A stretch of DNA of 64,000 bases from a bacterium (GTDB taxonomy: Bacteria; Planctomycetota; UBA1135; UBA2386). The position numbers and the translations under genes were made by a program. The stretch is from positions 140,113-204,112 of the forward strand of contig JANSXC010000004.1 in assembly GCA_024743115.1 (NCBI GenBank), given 5' to 3'. Positions 24,508 to 33,469 of the stretch are shown here, in pieces (the stretch's first letter is position 1; each line of letters starts with the position of its first letter). The notes beneath the pieces are model-generated. The model was not told the DNA's origin. It was given only the letters and a program-made list of their open reading frames with translations, and did not search any database.

Positions 24508-27246
24508 TCAGCGAATGACGCGGCGCTTGCTCTTGCTGGCCTTCAGCTTGCTGTTCTTCTGCGCCTTGGCGGCTTTGGCTTCGGCTTCCTGGAGTCGGCG
24601 CTTCAGCTCCGTGAGCTTCTTCTTCGCGTCGGCTTTCGAGAGGTCGCCGGACTTGACGGCGGCTTCGATCTTCCTGGCCGCGTCGGTGAGGCGGGTCGAA
24701 CGCGTGACGAGGGCGAGCTCCTTCTTGCGCTGGTCAGTGAACTGATCGCGGGCGTAGCGGAGCTTTGCGGCGGCGTTCTCGCGCGACAACTTGCCGGCCT
24801 CGACGGCGTCCGTCAGCTGCCTGCGCGCGTCGACGAACCTGGCGATGTCGTCCTCGTGCTGATGACGGATCAGGTCGCGGCGATACGTATCGAGCTTCTT
24901 CTTGGCGTCTTCGGCCGAGAGGGCGCGCTCTGCGATCGCCTTTGCGAGCTTGTCGCGGGCCGCCGTGAGCTTGTTCGCCGTCGCGGTCGCGCGGCGGCGG
25001 CGCTCTGACGAGAGCCCGCGGTCCAGGCGGTCGAGGGCCTCGGTTCGGCCGCGTTGGTCCTGGCGGCGTTCGCGTGATCGGCGCTCGCCGTTGCGGCGGT
25101 TCGAGTGCTCCTGGCGCTCGACATCGCGGCGGGCGCGCACTTCGCGGCTCCTGTTCCGGCGATCCCGTTCGGCCCGGTCACGCAGGCTGCGGTTCCGCAT
25201 CTCGAGGTTGTGGACCTCGCGGTTCAGAGCCTCCTCGGCGCGAACCTTCTGCATCTCGACCGCCTGTCGGTCGACGTCACGCTGGATGGCTTCGAGCTTC
25301 TTCTTGGCGTCTTCGCGCGAGAGCCGGCCGGCCTTCATTTCGGCGCCGAGCTTCTTCTTGACCGCGTTGAGTCGGGCGTCGCGGCGATCGCGCTCGACCG
25401 AGCGGCGGTTGTTGCGCTCGTGGACTTCGGTTTCGCGGCGCGCCTGTTCGGCGTGAATCCTGGCCTCCATGTCGTGGAGCTCGGCCGTGCGGCGCGCAAG
25501 ATCGCGGCGTAGACGCTCGATCTCCGAGTTCGCTCCTGCCCGGCGGACCCTCTGCCGCTCGGGCTGCTGGCCGCGGCGCAGCATCTCTTCGCCCGTGCGT
25601 CGCTTGAGCTCAGAAGCGCGAAGCAGCTCGGCGCTGCGGCGGGCTCTCACCTCGGAGCGCTCGGCTTCGAGTTGGAGCTTGCGCTCCTTCAGCTGATTGT
25701 GGTGGGCCTCGATGTGCTTGCGCTCGAGTTCGAGTCGATTGCGATCTGCCTCCAGATTGAGGCGCGAATGCGCCGTGGCCTCGTGGCGATTCTGAAGCTC
25801 GGCGAGGCGCTGCTCGAGCTCGGTCACGCGCGCCTTGTGGCGAGCGCGTTCGGCGTGGACCTTCGCCTTGGCGTCGTGGCGCAGCTGGGCGATCTGGTCC
25901 TTGGCCGCGGCCATCGAGGCCTCGAGGTCGCGACGTTCGGCGACCGTGCGCTTCAGGATCTCGCGGTCGTTGGCCCGGGCAGCGGCTGCGCGTTCGGCCT
26001 TCAACGCCCGCTCGAGCTGGCGCTGCGCTTCGACGTCGGCCCGCACGGCCTGTTCGCGAGCCAGCGCGCGGTCGCGTTCACGGCGGGCGCGATCATGGTC
26101 GCCACCGTCGTGTTCGCCTTCGAGTTCGCGCAACGCCTGCATGAGCTTGCGGGCCTGCTTCGGCGTCAGCTCGCCGGCCTGCACCGCGCGGCGGATGCGT
26201 ACGCCGACGCCCTTGACGTCGGGGTCCTGCGCGACCGCGACGCCGAGCGGCATCACGAGCGCGGTCAAAACGAGGACGAGTGCCTGTGCCCAACGTGGCG
26301 TCGAGGCGACTGGGGTCTTGCCGACGATCATTCGGAATCTCCGTTCGAGGAAGCCGCCACTGTTGATCTCGCTCGCCATCGCCGGCGGGCGGAGCGCCGG
26401 CGTGGCCAGGAACTCGACTACCGTGAGCAGTGAGTTCGCGTAGGTATGGGGAGTCGGGGTGAAGGTCCGCAAGACGAGCGCGTCGCAGCAGACCTCTTCG
26501 TTGGCGCGCAGGTTGCGGCGGGCCCACCACGCGATGGGGTTCCACCAGAACAGCACGCACGCGAACCACTCGAGCCAGCGCACGAGGTGATCGCGCCGAC
26601 GCACGTGCGCTAGTTCGTGCGCGAGGACCCAGCGCAGGTCCGTGCGCGTGACGCGCTCCGGCAGCTCGGCGGGCAGGAAGACGCGCACCGCGCCGCCGAT
26701 CCACCAGACCATCGGTGAGACCTGCGCGCTCGTGAGGTGAATGGTCGGGGTGTGGCGGAGTCCGAGGCGTTCTGCGAGTTCGCGGGCGAGGCGTTGCACG
26801 TCGGTGCCGGCCGGTCGGGCCGAGAGCGTCAGCGCCCGGTGAAAACGGCGGATGCGTCGCAGGGACACGGCGAGCACGACGAAGCTGCCGAGCAGCCAGG
26901 TGGCGACGAGTGCCGCCGTGAGGTTCGTGAGGTCGAACGTTCCTGCTGCGACGGGAACAACGGTGTCGACTTCCAAGAACGTCGCACTCGTTGCGAGACC
27001 GACCGCCTCGGGTTCGATCACCGTCGGTGTGGGGGTGGCGATCGCCTCCGCGGGCGCCGGCAGTACGGGCAGGGTGACCAATGGCGGAGTCACGAGCTTG
27101 ACGAGCACGAGCAGCCACAACAGGTGCGCGAGCACCGGCGACCGCAAGATGCGCTGCGCGACCCATGCGGCGAGTGCGATGGCGAGGGACAGCACGAGGT
27201 TGTTCGCGCCGAACCAGAGCAGCAGTTCGTTCATGGCCGTGCTCAT
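24508..27246 (-). CDS. BlaR1/MecR1-like M56 family membrane metalloprotease with a ~570-aa highly charged coiled-coil C-terminal region instead of a penicillin-binding sensor
   Basis: ORF 24508-27246, 912 aa. It has TM helices, the zinc motif LAHELAHVRRRDH (HExxH at aa 209-213), NPIAWW, and a last TM at aa 319-340. The remainder is Arg/Glu/Lys/Ala-rich sequence with a recurring G.LS.EDAKKKL motif. Confidence 0.85.
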   Translation of the reverse strand: MSTAMNELLLWFGANNLVLSLAIALAAWVAQRILRSPVLAHLLWLLVLVKLVTPPLVTLPVLPAPAEAIATPTPTVIEPEAVGLATSATFLEVDTVVPVAAGTFDLTNLTAALVATWLLGSFVVLAVSLRRIRRFHRALTLSARPAGTDVQRLARELAERLGLRHTPTIHLTSAQVSPMVWWIGGAVRVFLPAELPERVTRTDLRWVLAHELAHVRRRDHLVRWLEWFACVLFWWNPIAWWARRNLRANEEVCCDALVLRTFTPTPHTYANSLLTVVEFLATPALRPPAMASEINSGGFLERRFRMIVGKTPVASTPRWAQALVLVLTALVMPLGVAVAQDPDVKGVGVRIRRAVQAGELTPKQARKLMQALRELEGEHDGGDHDRARRERDRALAREQAVRADVEAQRQLERALKAERAAAARANDREILKRTVAERRDLEASMAAAKDQIAQLRHDAKAKVHAERARHKARVTELEQRLAELQNRHEATAHSRLNLEADRNRLELERKHIEAHHNQLKERKLQLEAERSEVRARRSAELLRASELKRRTGEEMLRRGQQPERQRVRRAGANSEIERLRRDLARRTAELHDMEARIHAEQARRETEVHERNNRRSVERDRRDARLNAVKKKLGAEMKAGRLSREDAKKKLEAIQRDVDRQAVEMQKVRAEEALNREVHNLEMRNRSLRDRAERDRRNRSREVRARRDVERQEHSNRRNGERRSRERRQDQRGRTEALDRLDRGLSSERRRRATATANKLTAARDKLAKAIAERALSAEDAKKKLDTYRRDLIRHQHEDDIARFVDARRQLTDAVEAGKLSRENAAAKLRYARDQFTDQRKKELALVTRSTRLTDAARKIEAAVKSGDLSKADAKKKLTELKRRLQEAEAKAAKAQKNSKLKASKSKRRVIR

Positions 27247-27653
27247 GGCTGGCCTCCGTCGTCGTCGCCAGTGCGCGAGTCGTCGGGTTTGCTGTCTTCG
27301 AGGATCTCGCGCAACCGTTCGATCTCGCCGCGCGAGATGCGCTTCTCTTCGAGCAGGTGCGTGATGACCGGCGCGAGCGAGCCGCCCGTCAGCTTGTCGG
27401 TCAGCGACTCGACCTGGCTGCCGGCGTAGGCTTCGCGGCTGACGAGCGCGGCGAAGCGATGCACCGCGATCGTGCGATCACGCCGCACGAAGCGCTTGTC
27501 CTCGAGCCGTTGCAGCAGGCGCTGCACGGTGCCGTGCTGGGCCTTGTCGGCGCCGGGATACAGCGCCTCGCGGATCTGTCGCGCGGTGAGCTCGGACTGC
27601 TGCCAGAGCAGCTCCATGACGGCGAGTTCGGCGTTGGCCAGTGGTTGATGCAT
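27243..27653 (-). CDS. BlaI/MecI/CopY family transcriptional repressor
   Basis: ORF 27243-27653. It begins MHQPLANAELAVMELLWQQSELTARQIREALYPGADKAQHGTVQRLLQRLEDKRFVRRD (winged helix). It shares a 4-nt ATGA overlap with the M56 gene. Confidence 0.9.
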   Translation of the reverse strand: MHQPLANAELAVMELLWQQSELTARQIREALYPGADKAQHGTVQRLLQRLEDKRFVRRDRTIAVHRFAALVSREAYAGSQVESLTDKLTGGSLAPVITHLLEEKRISRGEIERLREILEDSKPDDSRTGDDDGGQP

Positions 27654-27701
27654 CGGGTGTGGTCCGGTCGGGTCGTAGAGTCGACGTAGCCTCCGGGGGC
27701 T

Positions 27702-27737
27702 ACGACAACGTGTCGTCGTGATACGACTACTTGTCGT
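27702..27737. promoter_or_regulatory. Two tandem operator-like dyads upstream of the BlaI-like gene
   Basis: ACGACA-acg-TGTCGT (27702-27716) is a perfect 6-bp inverted repeat. ACGACT-act-TGTCGT (27723-27737) matches 5 of 6. Their centres are 21 bp apart, and they lie 49-86 bp upstream of the start at 27653. On the minus strand the spacer between them reads TATCAC, which is -10-like. An adjacent palindrome, GTAGCC-tccggg-GGCTAC, lies at 27686-27703. Confidence 0.6.
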
Positions 27738-27862
27738 AATCGGCTAGCCCCGACTGTAGGGAAGTTCTGGCCGAATGGTTGGGAGGTCCTCGTAACACTC
27801 GATCGCAACGTGGTTTGTGGAATATGTCTTTCCTGCGTCAGGCCGTGACCTAGCCTGCTGGC

Positions 27863-29428
27863 GTGCACTTCGAAGCCCTGATCGAGACCGCGGCGGGCGT
27901 TGCTGCGACCCGGTCGCGGAAGGCCAAGCTGGCTGCGTTGGTGCCGCTGCTGCGGGCCGCGGCCGCTGAGTCGCCCGTGATGCTCGCGATTGCCGTCGCG
28001 TCTTTGGCGGGTGAGATCCGGCAGGGAGCGCTCGGGATCGGCCCCGCCGCGATGCGCGCCCTGAAACGCCCAGAGCCGTGCCTCGGCGAGTCGGCCGACC
28101 TCGAACTCGGCGAAGTCGACGCGGCGTTCGAGCGGATCCGAGTCGCGAGCGGCAAGGGCTCGCGGCAGCGCAAGCTCGACGAGGTGACGGGACTGCTCGC
28201 GCGTGCGACGGCGGCCGGCCAGGACTTCCTCGTGCGGCTGCTCGTCGGCGAACTGCGGCAGGGCGCGGTCGAAGGACTCATGCGCGAGGCGATCGCCCAG
28301 GCGTTCGACGTGCGGTCCGCCCTCGTGCAGCGGGCGGCGATGCTGTCGGGGCGGCTGGCACTGGTTGCCGAGCGCGCGCATGCCGGCGGCGCTGCTGCGC
28401 TGGCAGAGTTCCGTCTCGAAGTCGGGCGGCCGCTCGAGCCGATGCTCGCGCAGACCGCCGAATCGCCCGCGATGGTGATCGAGAAGTTCGGTGGTCCGGC
28501 GGCGTTCGACTTCAAGCTCGACGGCGCGCGCATCCAGGTGCACAAGAACGGCGACGACGTGCGGGTTTTCACGCGCCAGCTTCGCGACGTGACGGTGGCG
28601 GTACCAGAGGTGGTCGAGCTGTTGCGCGCAGTTGCTGCGCCCACGCTCGTGCTCGACGGCGAAGTGCTGGCGCTGCGTGTCGACGGTCGGCCGCAGCCGT
28701 TCCAGGTCACGATGCGGCGGTTCGGGCGGCAGCACGACATCGCGGCGCTGCGCTCCGAGCTGCCGCTCACGCCGGTGTTCTTCGACTGCCTGCATCACGA
28801 CGGTGAGGACGTGTTCGATCGACCGCTGGTCGAACGTCGGGCGGCGCTCGTCGACGCGGTCGGGGGCGATCACGTGGTGCCGCAGCTCGTTACCGCTGAC
28901 GTCGATGCGGCCGAAGCGTTCTACGGCGACGCGCTCGCGGCGGGGCACGAAGGACTCGTGGCGAAGGCCGATGCCGCGACCTACGAGGCCGGCCGGCGCG
29001 GGGCGCAGTGGCTCAAGCTCAAGCCCGCGCACACGCTCGATCTCGTCGTGCTCGCGGTCGAAGCCGGCTCCGGACGGCGTTCCGGGCTGCTGTCGAACCT
29101 CTGGCTCGGCGCGCGCAACGACGAGGCCGATGACGATCCGGACGCCGAGCCGTTCGTGATGCTCGGCAAGACGTTCAAAGGACTCACGGACGAAGTGCTG
29201 CGCTGGCAGACCGCGGCGCTCGGCGCGTTGGAAGTGAAGCGTGAAGGCCACGTCGTGCACGTGCGTCCCGAACTCGTCGTCGAGATCGCGTTCGACGGGC
29301 TGCAGCGGAGTTCGCAGTATTCGGGCGGGCTCGCGCTGCGTTTCGCGCGGGTGCGCGGCTATCGCGAGGACAAGACCGCGGCCGAGGCCGATACGATGTC
29401 GGCCGTGCGCGCGCTGATGGCGGAGTGA
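27863..29428 (+). CDS. ATP-dependent DNA ligase
   Basis: ORF 27863-29428, GTG start, 521 aa. It has adenylation motif I (FDFKLDGARIQVHK), then LVLDGEVLAL, FFDCLHHDG, EGLVAK, WLKLK and an OB-fold tail. No Ku gene is adjacent. Confidence 0.9.
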   Translation: MHFEALIETAAGVAATRSRKAKLAALVPLLRAAAAESPVMLAIAVASLAGEIRQGALGIGPAAMRALKRPEPCLGESADLELGEVDAAFERIRVASGKGSRQRKLDEVTGLLARATAAGQDFLVRLLVGELRQGAVEGLMREAIAQAFDVRSALVQRAAMLSGRLALVAERAHAGGAAALAEFRLEVGRPLEPMLAQTAESPAMVIEKFGGPAAFDFKLDGARIQVHKNGDDVRVFTRQLRDVTVAVPEVVELLRAVAAPTLVLDGEVLALRVDGRPQPFQVTMRRFGRQHDIAALRSELPLTPVFFDCLHHDGEDVFDRPLVERRAALVDAVGGDHVVPQLVTADVDAAEAFYGDALAAGHEGLVAKADAATYEAGRRGAQWLKLKPAHTLDLVVLAVEAGSGRRSGLLSNLWLGARNDEADDDPDAEPFVMLGKTFKGLTDEVLRWQTAALGALEVKREGHVVHVRPELVVEIAFDGLQRSSQYSGGLALRFARVRGYREDKTAAEADTMSAVRALMAE

Positions 29429-29453
29429 CGTCGCAGCGCGCCCGCGAAGCGGC

Positions 29454-30848
29454 TCAGCGCACGATGTGCCAGCGCGTCTGCCGGCCGCCGAGGTAGGTGA
29501 CCTTCTCGCCGTCGAACACGGCGTCCTGCTCGAGCTTGATCTGCACCCATTGTCCGTCCCACTCGGGCAGCTGCACCTTGATGTTGCCCTCGATCGCGTA
29601 GCACGTGTTGGCGTGCAGGCGCCAGTCGCCGCGCACGGGCGTTGGGCCCTGGTTGTCCCACATGCCGATCGTCGGGCCGGCGCCGTGGCCATGATGGCCG
29701 AGCGGGTGGGTGTAGATCGTGCCGCGGATGCCTTCGGAGGCGCACTTCTTGAGCGTCTCGGCGAGGATCTCGTTGCCCGTGCGGCCGGCCACGAACGATG
29801 AGGTCAACAGGTCCTGCCACTCGTTGCCGCGTCGTAGTGCGTCCTTCAGTCCTTGCGGCACGTCCGCTTCGTCGGCCCGCAGCACGTAGGCCATCTCCTG
29901 TGTGTCCGTGCAGAGCCGCAGGTAGCGGATTCCGACGTCGGTGTGCAGGATGTCGCCGCGCTGGATCACGGTGTGGGGTGCGCCGAGGAAGTCGCCGTTG
30001 GTGTCGGCGTTGGGATCGCGACGCTGGACGTTGCAGTAGGGCTGAAACCAGACCGGCAGCCCGAGCTCGCGGTAGCGCTCGCGCAGGTACCAGTAGACGT
30101 CGTCCGTCGTCGTGACGCCGGGCGTGATCACGCGGTTGGAGAATGCCTCGGCGATCGCGCTGCGCGCGAGCTGCACGACCTGCGGGTAGATCTCGAGCTC
30201 GGCCTTCGTCCGGGTCTCGAGCCAGCGTACGCAGAGTCGTTCGGCCGAGGTCAGGCGGTCCTTCAGGTCCCCGAGCGCGGTTTCGAGCCGCTGTCGCAGC
30301 CCGGCCGTGAGTCCGTCGCCGATGGCCCAGTCGCGGCTCGTGTTGATGCCGATGCGTTCGGGGTTGCGCTCGCGCACGACGGCTGCGAGTCGTTCCCATT
30401 GTTCGTCGGCGCTGCCGCCGTCCCAGCTGCTCTCGTAGAACTCGCCGAGGCCGTAGCGGCTCACGGTGAGGCGTTCGACGCCTGCTTCCCCGCGATCGTG
30501 GAACACCAGGATCGTCGTCCGTCGCGCCGCGAACACGGGTTCGGGCACGAGCGTGAGATAGACCGGGTCCTCATTGTACTCGCGATTGATCACGATCCAC
30601 ATGTCGAGGCCGGCCGCGCGCATGAGTTCCGGCAGCAGGTTGTCGAGGCGGTCGCGCAGCAGTCCATTGACGACCTCGGTCTGGCGGCGGGCGCTGAGGA
30701 TCGCCGGCACTCGCGGGACCTCGTAGCCCTGGTCCCACTCGGGCCCGACGAGCTTCGTTGGCTCGACCTGGGCCGGCGCGACGGTTGCGGTGAGCGCAAC
30801 GAGAGTGAGTACGGGCAGCAGCAGCCGCGCGGTCACGGGCGATCTCAT
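29454..30848 (-). CDS. Secreted M24 family metallopeptidase (Xaa-Pro aminopeptidase / creatinase-like)
   Basis: ORF 29454-30848 with signal peptide MRSPVTARLLLPVLTLVALTATVAPAQ. The pita-bread metal-ligand pattern is present: ILHTDVGIRYLRLCTDTQEM, HPLGHHGHGAGP, YAIEGN. Confidence 0.8.
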   Translation of the reverse strand: MRSPVTARLLLPVLTLVALTATVAPAQVEPTKLVGPEWDQGYEVPRVPAILSARRQTEVVNGLLRDRLDNLLPELMRAAGLDMWIVINREYNEDPVYLTLVPEPVFAARRTTILVFHDRGEAGVERLTVSRYGLGEFYESSWDGGSADEQWERLAAVVRERNPERIGINTSRDWAIGDGLTAGLRQRLETALGDLKDRLTSAERLCVRWLETRTKAELEIYPQVVQLARSAIAEAFSNRVITPGVTTTDDVYWYLRERYRELGLPVWFQPYCNVQRRDPNADTNGDFLGAPHTVIQRGDILHTDVGIRYLRLCTDTQEMAYVLRADEADVPQGLKDALRRGNEWQDLLTSSFVAGRTGNEILAETLKKCASEGIRGTIYTHPLGHHGHGAGPTIGMWDNQGPTPVRGDWRLHANTCYAIEGNIKVQLPEWDGQWVQIKLEQDAVFDGEKVTYLGGRQTRWHIVR

Positions 30849-30857
30849 GGCCGCAGG

Positions 30858-31481
30858 CTACTCACGGTCTGCTGCCGCGGCCCGCAGTTTCGCGTTCTCG
30901 GCCGCGAGTTCGTCGATGCGTTCGCGCAGCGCCGATTCGCGCGCTTCGACGCTGGCGAGTCCGAGGCGCGGCGTGATGTGCTGCGGGCAGTTGCGGTCCC
31001 AGGCCTCGACATGGAATACGAAGACCCGCTGGGGCGTGCCCGGATAGCCCGGGTCCGCGACCTGCGCTAGCAGCTCGGGGTCGTCCTCGATGAACTCGGC
31101 GCGCCCCCAGACCTTGATGCGCTGGCGGTGCTCGTAGTCCATCAGGAACAAGAATGCGCGATCGTTCTCGCTGAGGTTGCCGAGCGACACGTACTGTTGG
31201 TTGCCGCTGTAGTCGGCGAACGCGAGCCGGTGCTCGTCGAGCACCTTGAGGAAGCCCGGTGGGCCGCCGCGATGCTGCACGTAGGGTTGGCCTTCGGCTG
31301 TCGCCGTAGCGACGTAGATCGAATCGCGGGCCGCAACGAACGCGGCGAGGTCGGGAGTGATCGTGTCGCTCCAGCCACCACGCTGTTCCATGCTCGCGTA
31401 GCCGTGTCGCGAGCCGCGCGCTTCCTGCGCGGCCTTCACGGCGGGCGTGAAGGCAACGTCGCTGAACGGAACGTTGGTCAT
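30858..31481 (-). CDS. Pyridoxamine 5'-phosphate oxidase-like FMN-binding protein
   Basis: ORF 30858-31481. It contains IYVATATAEGQPYVQHRGGPPGFLKVLDEHRLAFADYSGNQQYVSLGNL and RIKVWGRAEF. The C-terminal end is coiled-coil. Confidence 0.75.
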   Translation of the reverse strand: MTNVPFSDVAFTPAVKAAQEARGSRHGYASMEQRGGWSDTITPDLAAFVAARDSIYVATATAEGQPYVQHRGGPPGFLKVLDEHRLAFADYSGNQQYVSLGNLSENDRAFLFLMDYEHRQRIKVWGRAEFIEDDPELLAQVADPGYPGTPQRVFVFHVEAWDRNCPQHITPRLGLASVEARESALRERIDELAAENAKLRAAAADRE

Positions 31482-31482
31482 C

Positions 31483-32070
31483 TCAGACCTCCGTTGCAGA
31501 TGCTGCCGCAGCGCTCTCCGGCTTCTCCCACGCGAACGGTTGGAACGCGCGGTCGAGCGGCGTGTCGGCGATGTGATTGACGTAGTTGCTCAGCGTCTTG
31601 AAGCCGACGCCGAGGATCACCTCGAGCACGTGCCGGTTGGTGTAGCCCACTGCTAGGAACGATTCGATGGCGTCGCCTTTGACGAAACCGCGCTGCTCGA
31701 CGACGGCCTGGGTGAAGCGACGTAGCGCTTCGAGCTTGGGATCGCTGAGCGGCGTGCCGTCACGCAAGCTCTGCACGACGGCTGGGTCGACCTTCTGCAT
31801 GCCCGCGATCGCGGAGTGTGCGGCCATGCAGTAGTCGCACTCGTTGACGTAGCTCGCGCTCAGCAGCACGGTCTGCAGCTCCGTCGCGTCGAACGCGGTC
31901 GAGGTCTCGAGGATTTTCGAGACACTGGTGTAGGCCTCGAGGATCGCGGGGGCTTCGGCGAAGACGCCGAACAGGTTGGGGATGCGCCCCATGCCGCGTT
32001 TGGTCGCCTCGAGGATCGGGCGGCTGGCTTCCGGGGCGGATTCGAGCGTGTGGGTTTCGAAACGGGTCAT
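31483..32070 (-). CDS. Carboxymuconolactone decarboxylase (AhpD-like) family protein
   Basis: Inner start MTRFETHTLESAPEASRPILE in ORF 31483-32241. The AhpD-type redox motif ECDYCMAAH (CxxC) is present. Its stop is 1 nt from the start of the next gene. Confidence 0.85.
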   Translation of the reverse strand: MTRFETHTLESAPEASRPILEATKRGMGRIPNLFGVFAEAPAILEAYTSVSKILETSTAFDATELQTVLLSASYVNECDYCMAAHSAIAGMQKVDPAVVQSLRDGTPLSDPKLEALRRFTQAVVEQRGFVKGDAIESFLAVGYTNRHVLEVILGVGFKTLSNYVNHIADTPLDRAFQPFAWEKPESAAAASATEV

Positions 32071-32168
32071 GATTCTCTCTCTGGATCTGTCGGGATTGGT
32101 GTGAAGTCGGTACGGACCGGTGGCGCGAAAGCTCTGGTCCTGGTTGGCGATGGCGAACGGCCGCGGGG

Positions 32169-32414
32169 TCAGCTGTCGTCCGGCCCGGGCTCGCGACACG
32201 CGTCGCACAGCCCGTGGAAGGTCTCGACACATTCCGGGCACGCCTCGAGGTGTCGGGCGATCGCCTGCTGCTCGGGAGTCAGCTGGGCGCCGCTTTCGAC
32301 GGCCTCGAAGTAGGCACAGATCACGTCCATGACCTGATCACACATCAGCTCGTCCGGCCGCGTTCCCGCGACCATCCGGGCCAGGCGTGTGAGCTTGTCG
32401 TGGTCGATCGTCAT
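32169..32414 (-). CDS. Small soluble zinc-finger anti-sigma factor (ZAS motif HxxxCxxC), RsrA-like
   Basis: ORF 32169-32414, 81 aa with no TM segment. It has HLEACPEC plus four more Cys (C25, C33, C70, C73). It starts 2 nt after the ECF sigma stop. Confidence 0.75.
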   Translation of the reverse strand: MTIDHDKLTRLARMVAGTRPDELMCDQVMDVICAYFEAVESGAQLTPEQQAIARHLEACPECVETFHGLCDACREPGPDDS

Positions 32415-32416
32415 CG

Positions 32417-33028
32417 CTACTTCGACGCCGCGGCCAGCCGCGCCCTTACCTCGTCATCGTCAAAACCCGCGCTCTGCAGCGCGTCGCGCAACTTCGAGCG
32501 CGCGTCGTGTGCCAGTTTGTACAGCGCATTCAGTTTGATGCCCATCCGCTCGGCGACTGCGGGATACGGCAACTCTTCGAGGAGCAGCGTCATCGCGGTG
32601 CGCTGCTTCTCGGTCAGGGCGGTGTCGAGGGCGTTGCGGAGGACCTGCAACAGCTCGCTGTGCTCGGCGACATGGCTCGGCCCCGCGTCGTCATCGGCGG
32701 GTTCGAAGTCCGTGCCCTCGGCGGTCGCCGCGGTCAGCGACACGTCCTGCCAGCGCCGTCGCCGCAGTTCGGTCAGCGCGTGGTTGACCGCGACCGCGTG
32801 CGCCCACGTGGTGAACCGGCTCGCGCCCTGGTAGCGGTCGAGCCGGTCGAGGACGCGGAGCACGGCGTCCTGCGCGAAGTCCTCGAGGTCGCTGTCGTCG
32901 ACCTGCCGCCGACTCGCGAGCGCGCGCCCGAGGCCGCCGCGCAGTCGCTGCGTCAGGTCCGCGATCGCGGTCGCATCACCGGCGCGCAGATCGTGGAGCC
33001 AGTCGTCGTTGGAGCGTTCGCGGGCCAT
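32417..33028 (-). CDS. ECF-type RNA polymerase sigma-70 factor
   Basis: Inner start MARERSNDDWL in ORF 32417-33160. Region 2 has DLEDFAQDAVLRVLDRLDRYQGASRFTTWAHAVAVN. Region 4 has LTEKQRTAMTLLLEELPYPAVAERMGIKLNALYKLAHDARSKLR. Confidence 0.88.
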   Translation of the reverse strand: MARERSNDDWLHDLRAGDATAIADLTQRLRGGLGRALASRRQVDDSDLEDFAQDAVLRVLDRLDRYQGASRFTTWAHAVAVNHALTELRRRRWQDVSLTAATAEGTDFEPADDDAGPSHVAEHSELLQVLRNALDTALTEKQRTAMTLLLEELPYPAVAERMGIKLNALYKLAHDARSKLRDALQSAGFDDDEVRARLAAASK

Positions 33029-33080
33029 CGGGGGTGCGCACGATACGACACCGCGCCCGCGAACGTTCCCTCGCGTCGGA

Positions 33081-33431
33081 TCAGTTCTGTGGCTTCTGCG
33101 CCACCTGGCCGACGAACTCGTCGAGCTCGGCCTTGGGCAGCGCGCCGGTCGCCGAGGCAACGAGCTCGCCGCCGTCGAACAGGCGCAGGGCCGGAATCGA
33201 CAGCACGTCGAACCGCTGTGCCAGCTCGGGGTGCTTGTCGATGTCGACGAACGCGATGCGCACGTCGCCGTCGAGCTCGCTCGCGAGGTTCTCGACGGCC
33301 GGCTTGAGGGCGCGGCAGGGGCCGCACCAGTCGGCGTAGAAGTCGACGAGCACCGGGGTGTCGGCGCCGAGGACCTCCTGGTCGAAGGTGTCGGGGGTCG
33401 GGTGAAGGAACGTCTTGGTGGTCGAAGTCAT
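33081..33431 (-). CDS. trxA: Thioredoxin
   Basis: ORF 33081-33431, 116 aa. It contains VLVDFYADWCGPCRALKP, the WCGPC active site. Confidence 0.95.
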   Translation of the reverse strand: MTSTTKTFLHPTPDTFDQEVLGADTPVLVDFYADWCGPCRALKPAVENLASELDGDVRIAFVDIDKHPELAQRFDVLSIPALRLFDGGELVASATGALPKAELDEFVGQVAQKPQN

Positions 33432-33469
33432 CTCGACCCTTTGACGCCTCGAGGCTTGGCCGCCTTACC

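Noticed and set aside
27401-29692. Very long ORFs antisense to clearly assigned genes. Examples: 763 aa opposite the DNA ligase, 602 aa at 41373-43181 opposite ribBA, 567 aa at 45254-46957, 561 aa at 50799-52484, 560 aa at 37200-38882, 473 aa at 53714-55135, 417 aa at 2193-3446, and 415 aa at 3469-4716.
   Set aside because: Their products are Arg/Pro/Gly/His-rich low-complexity sequence with no motifs. They exactly shadow genes that have strong family signatures on the other strand. This is the expected artefact of stop-codon scarcity in very GC-rich DNA.
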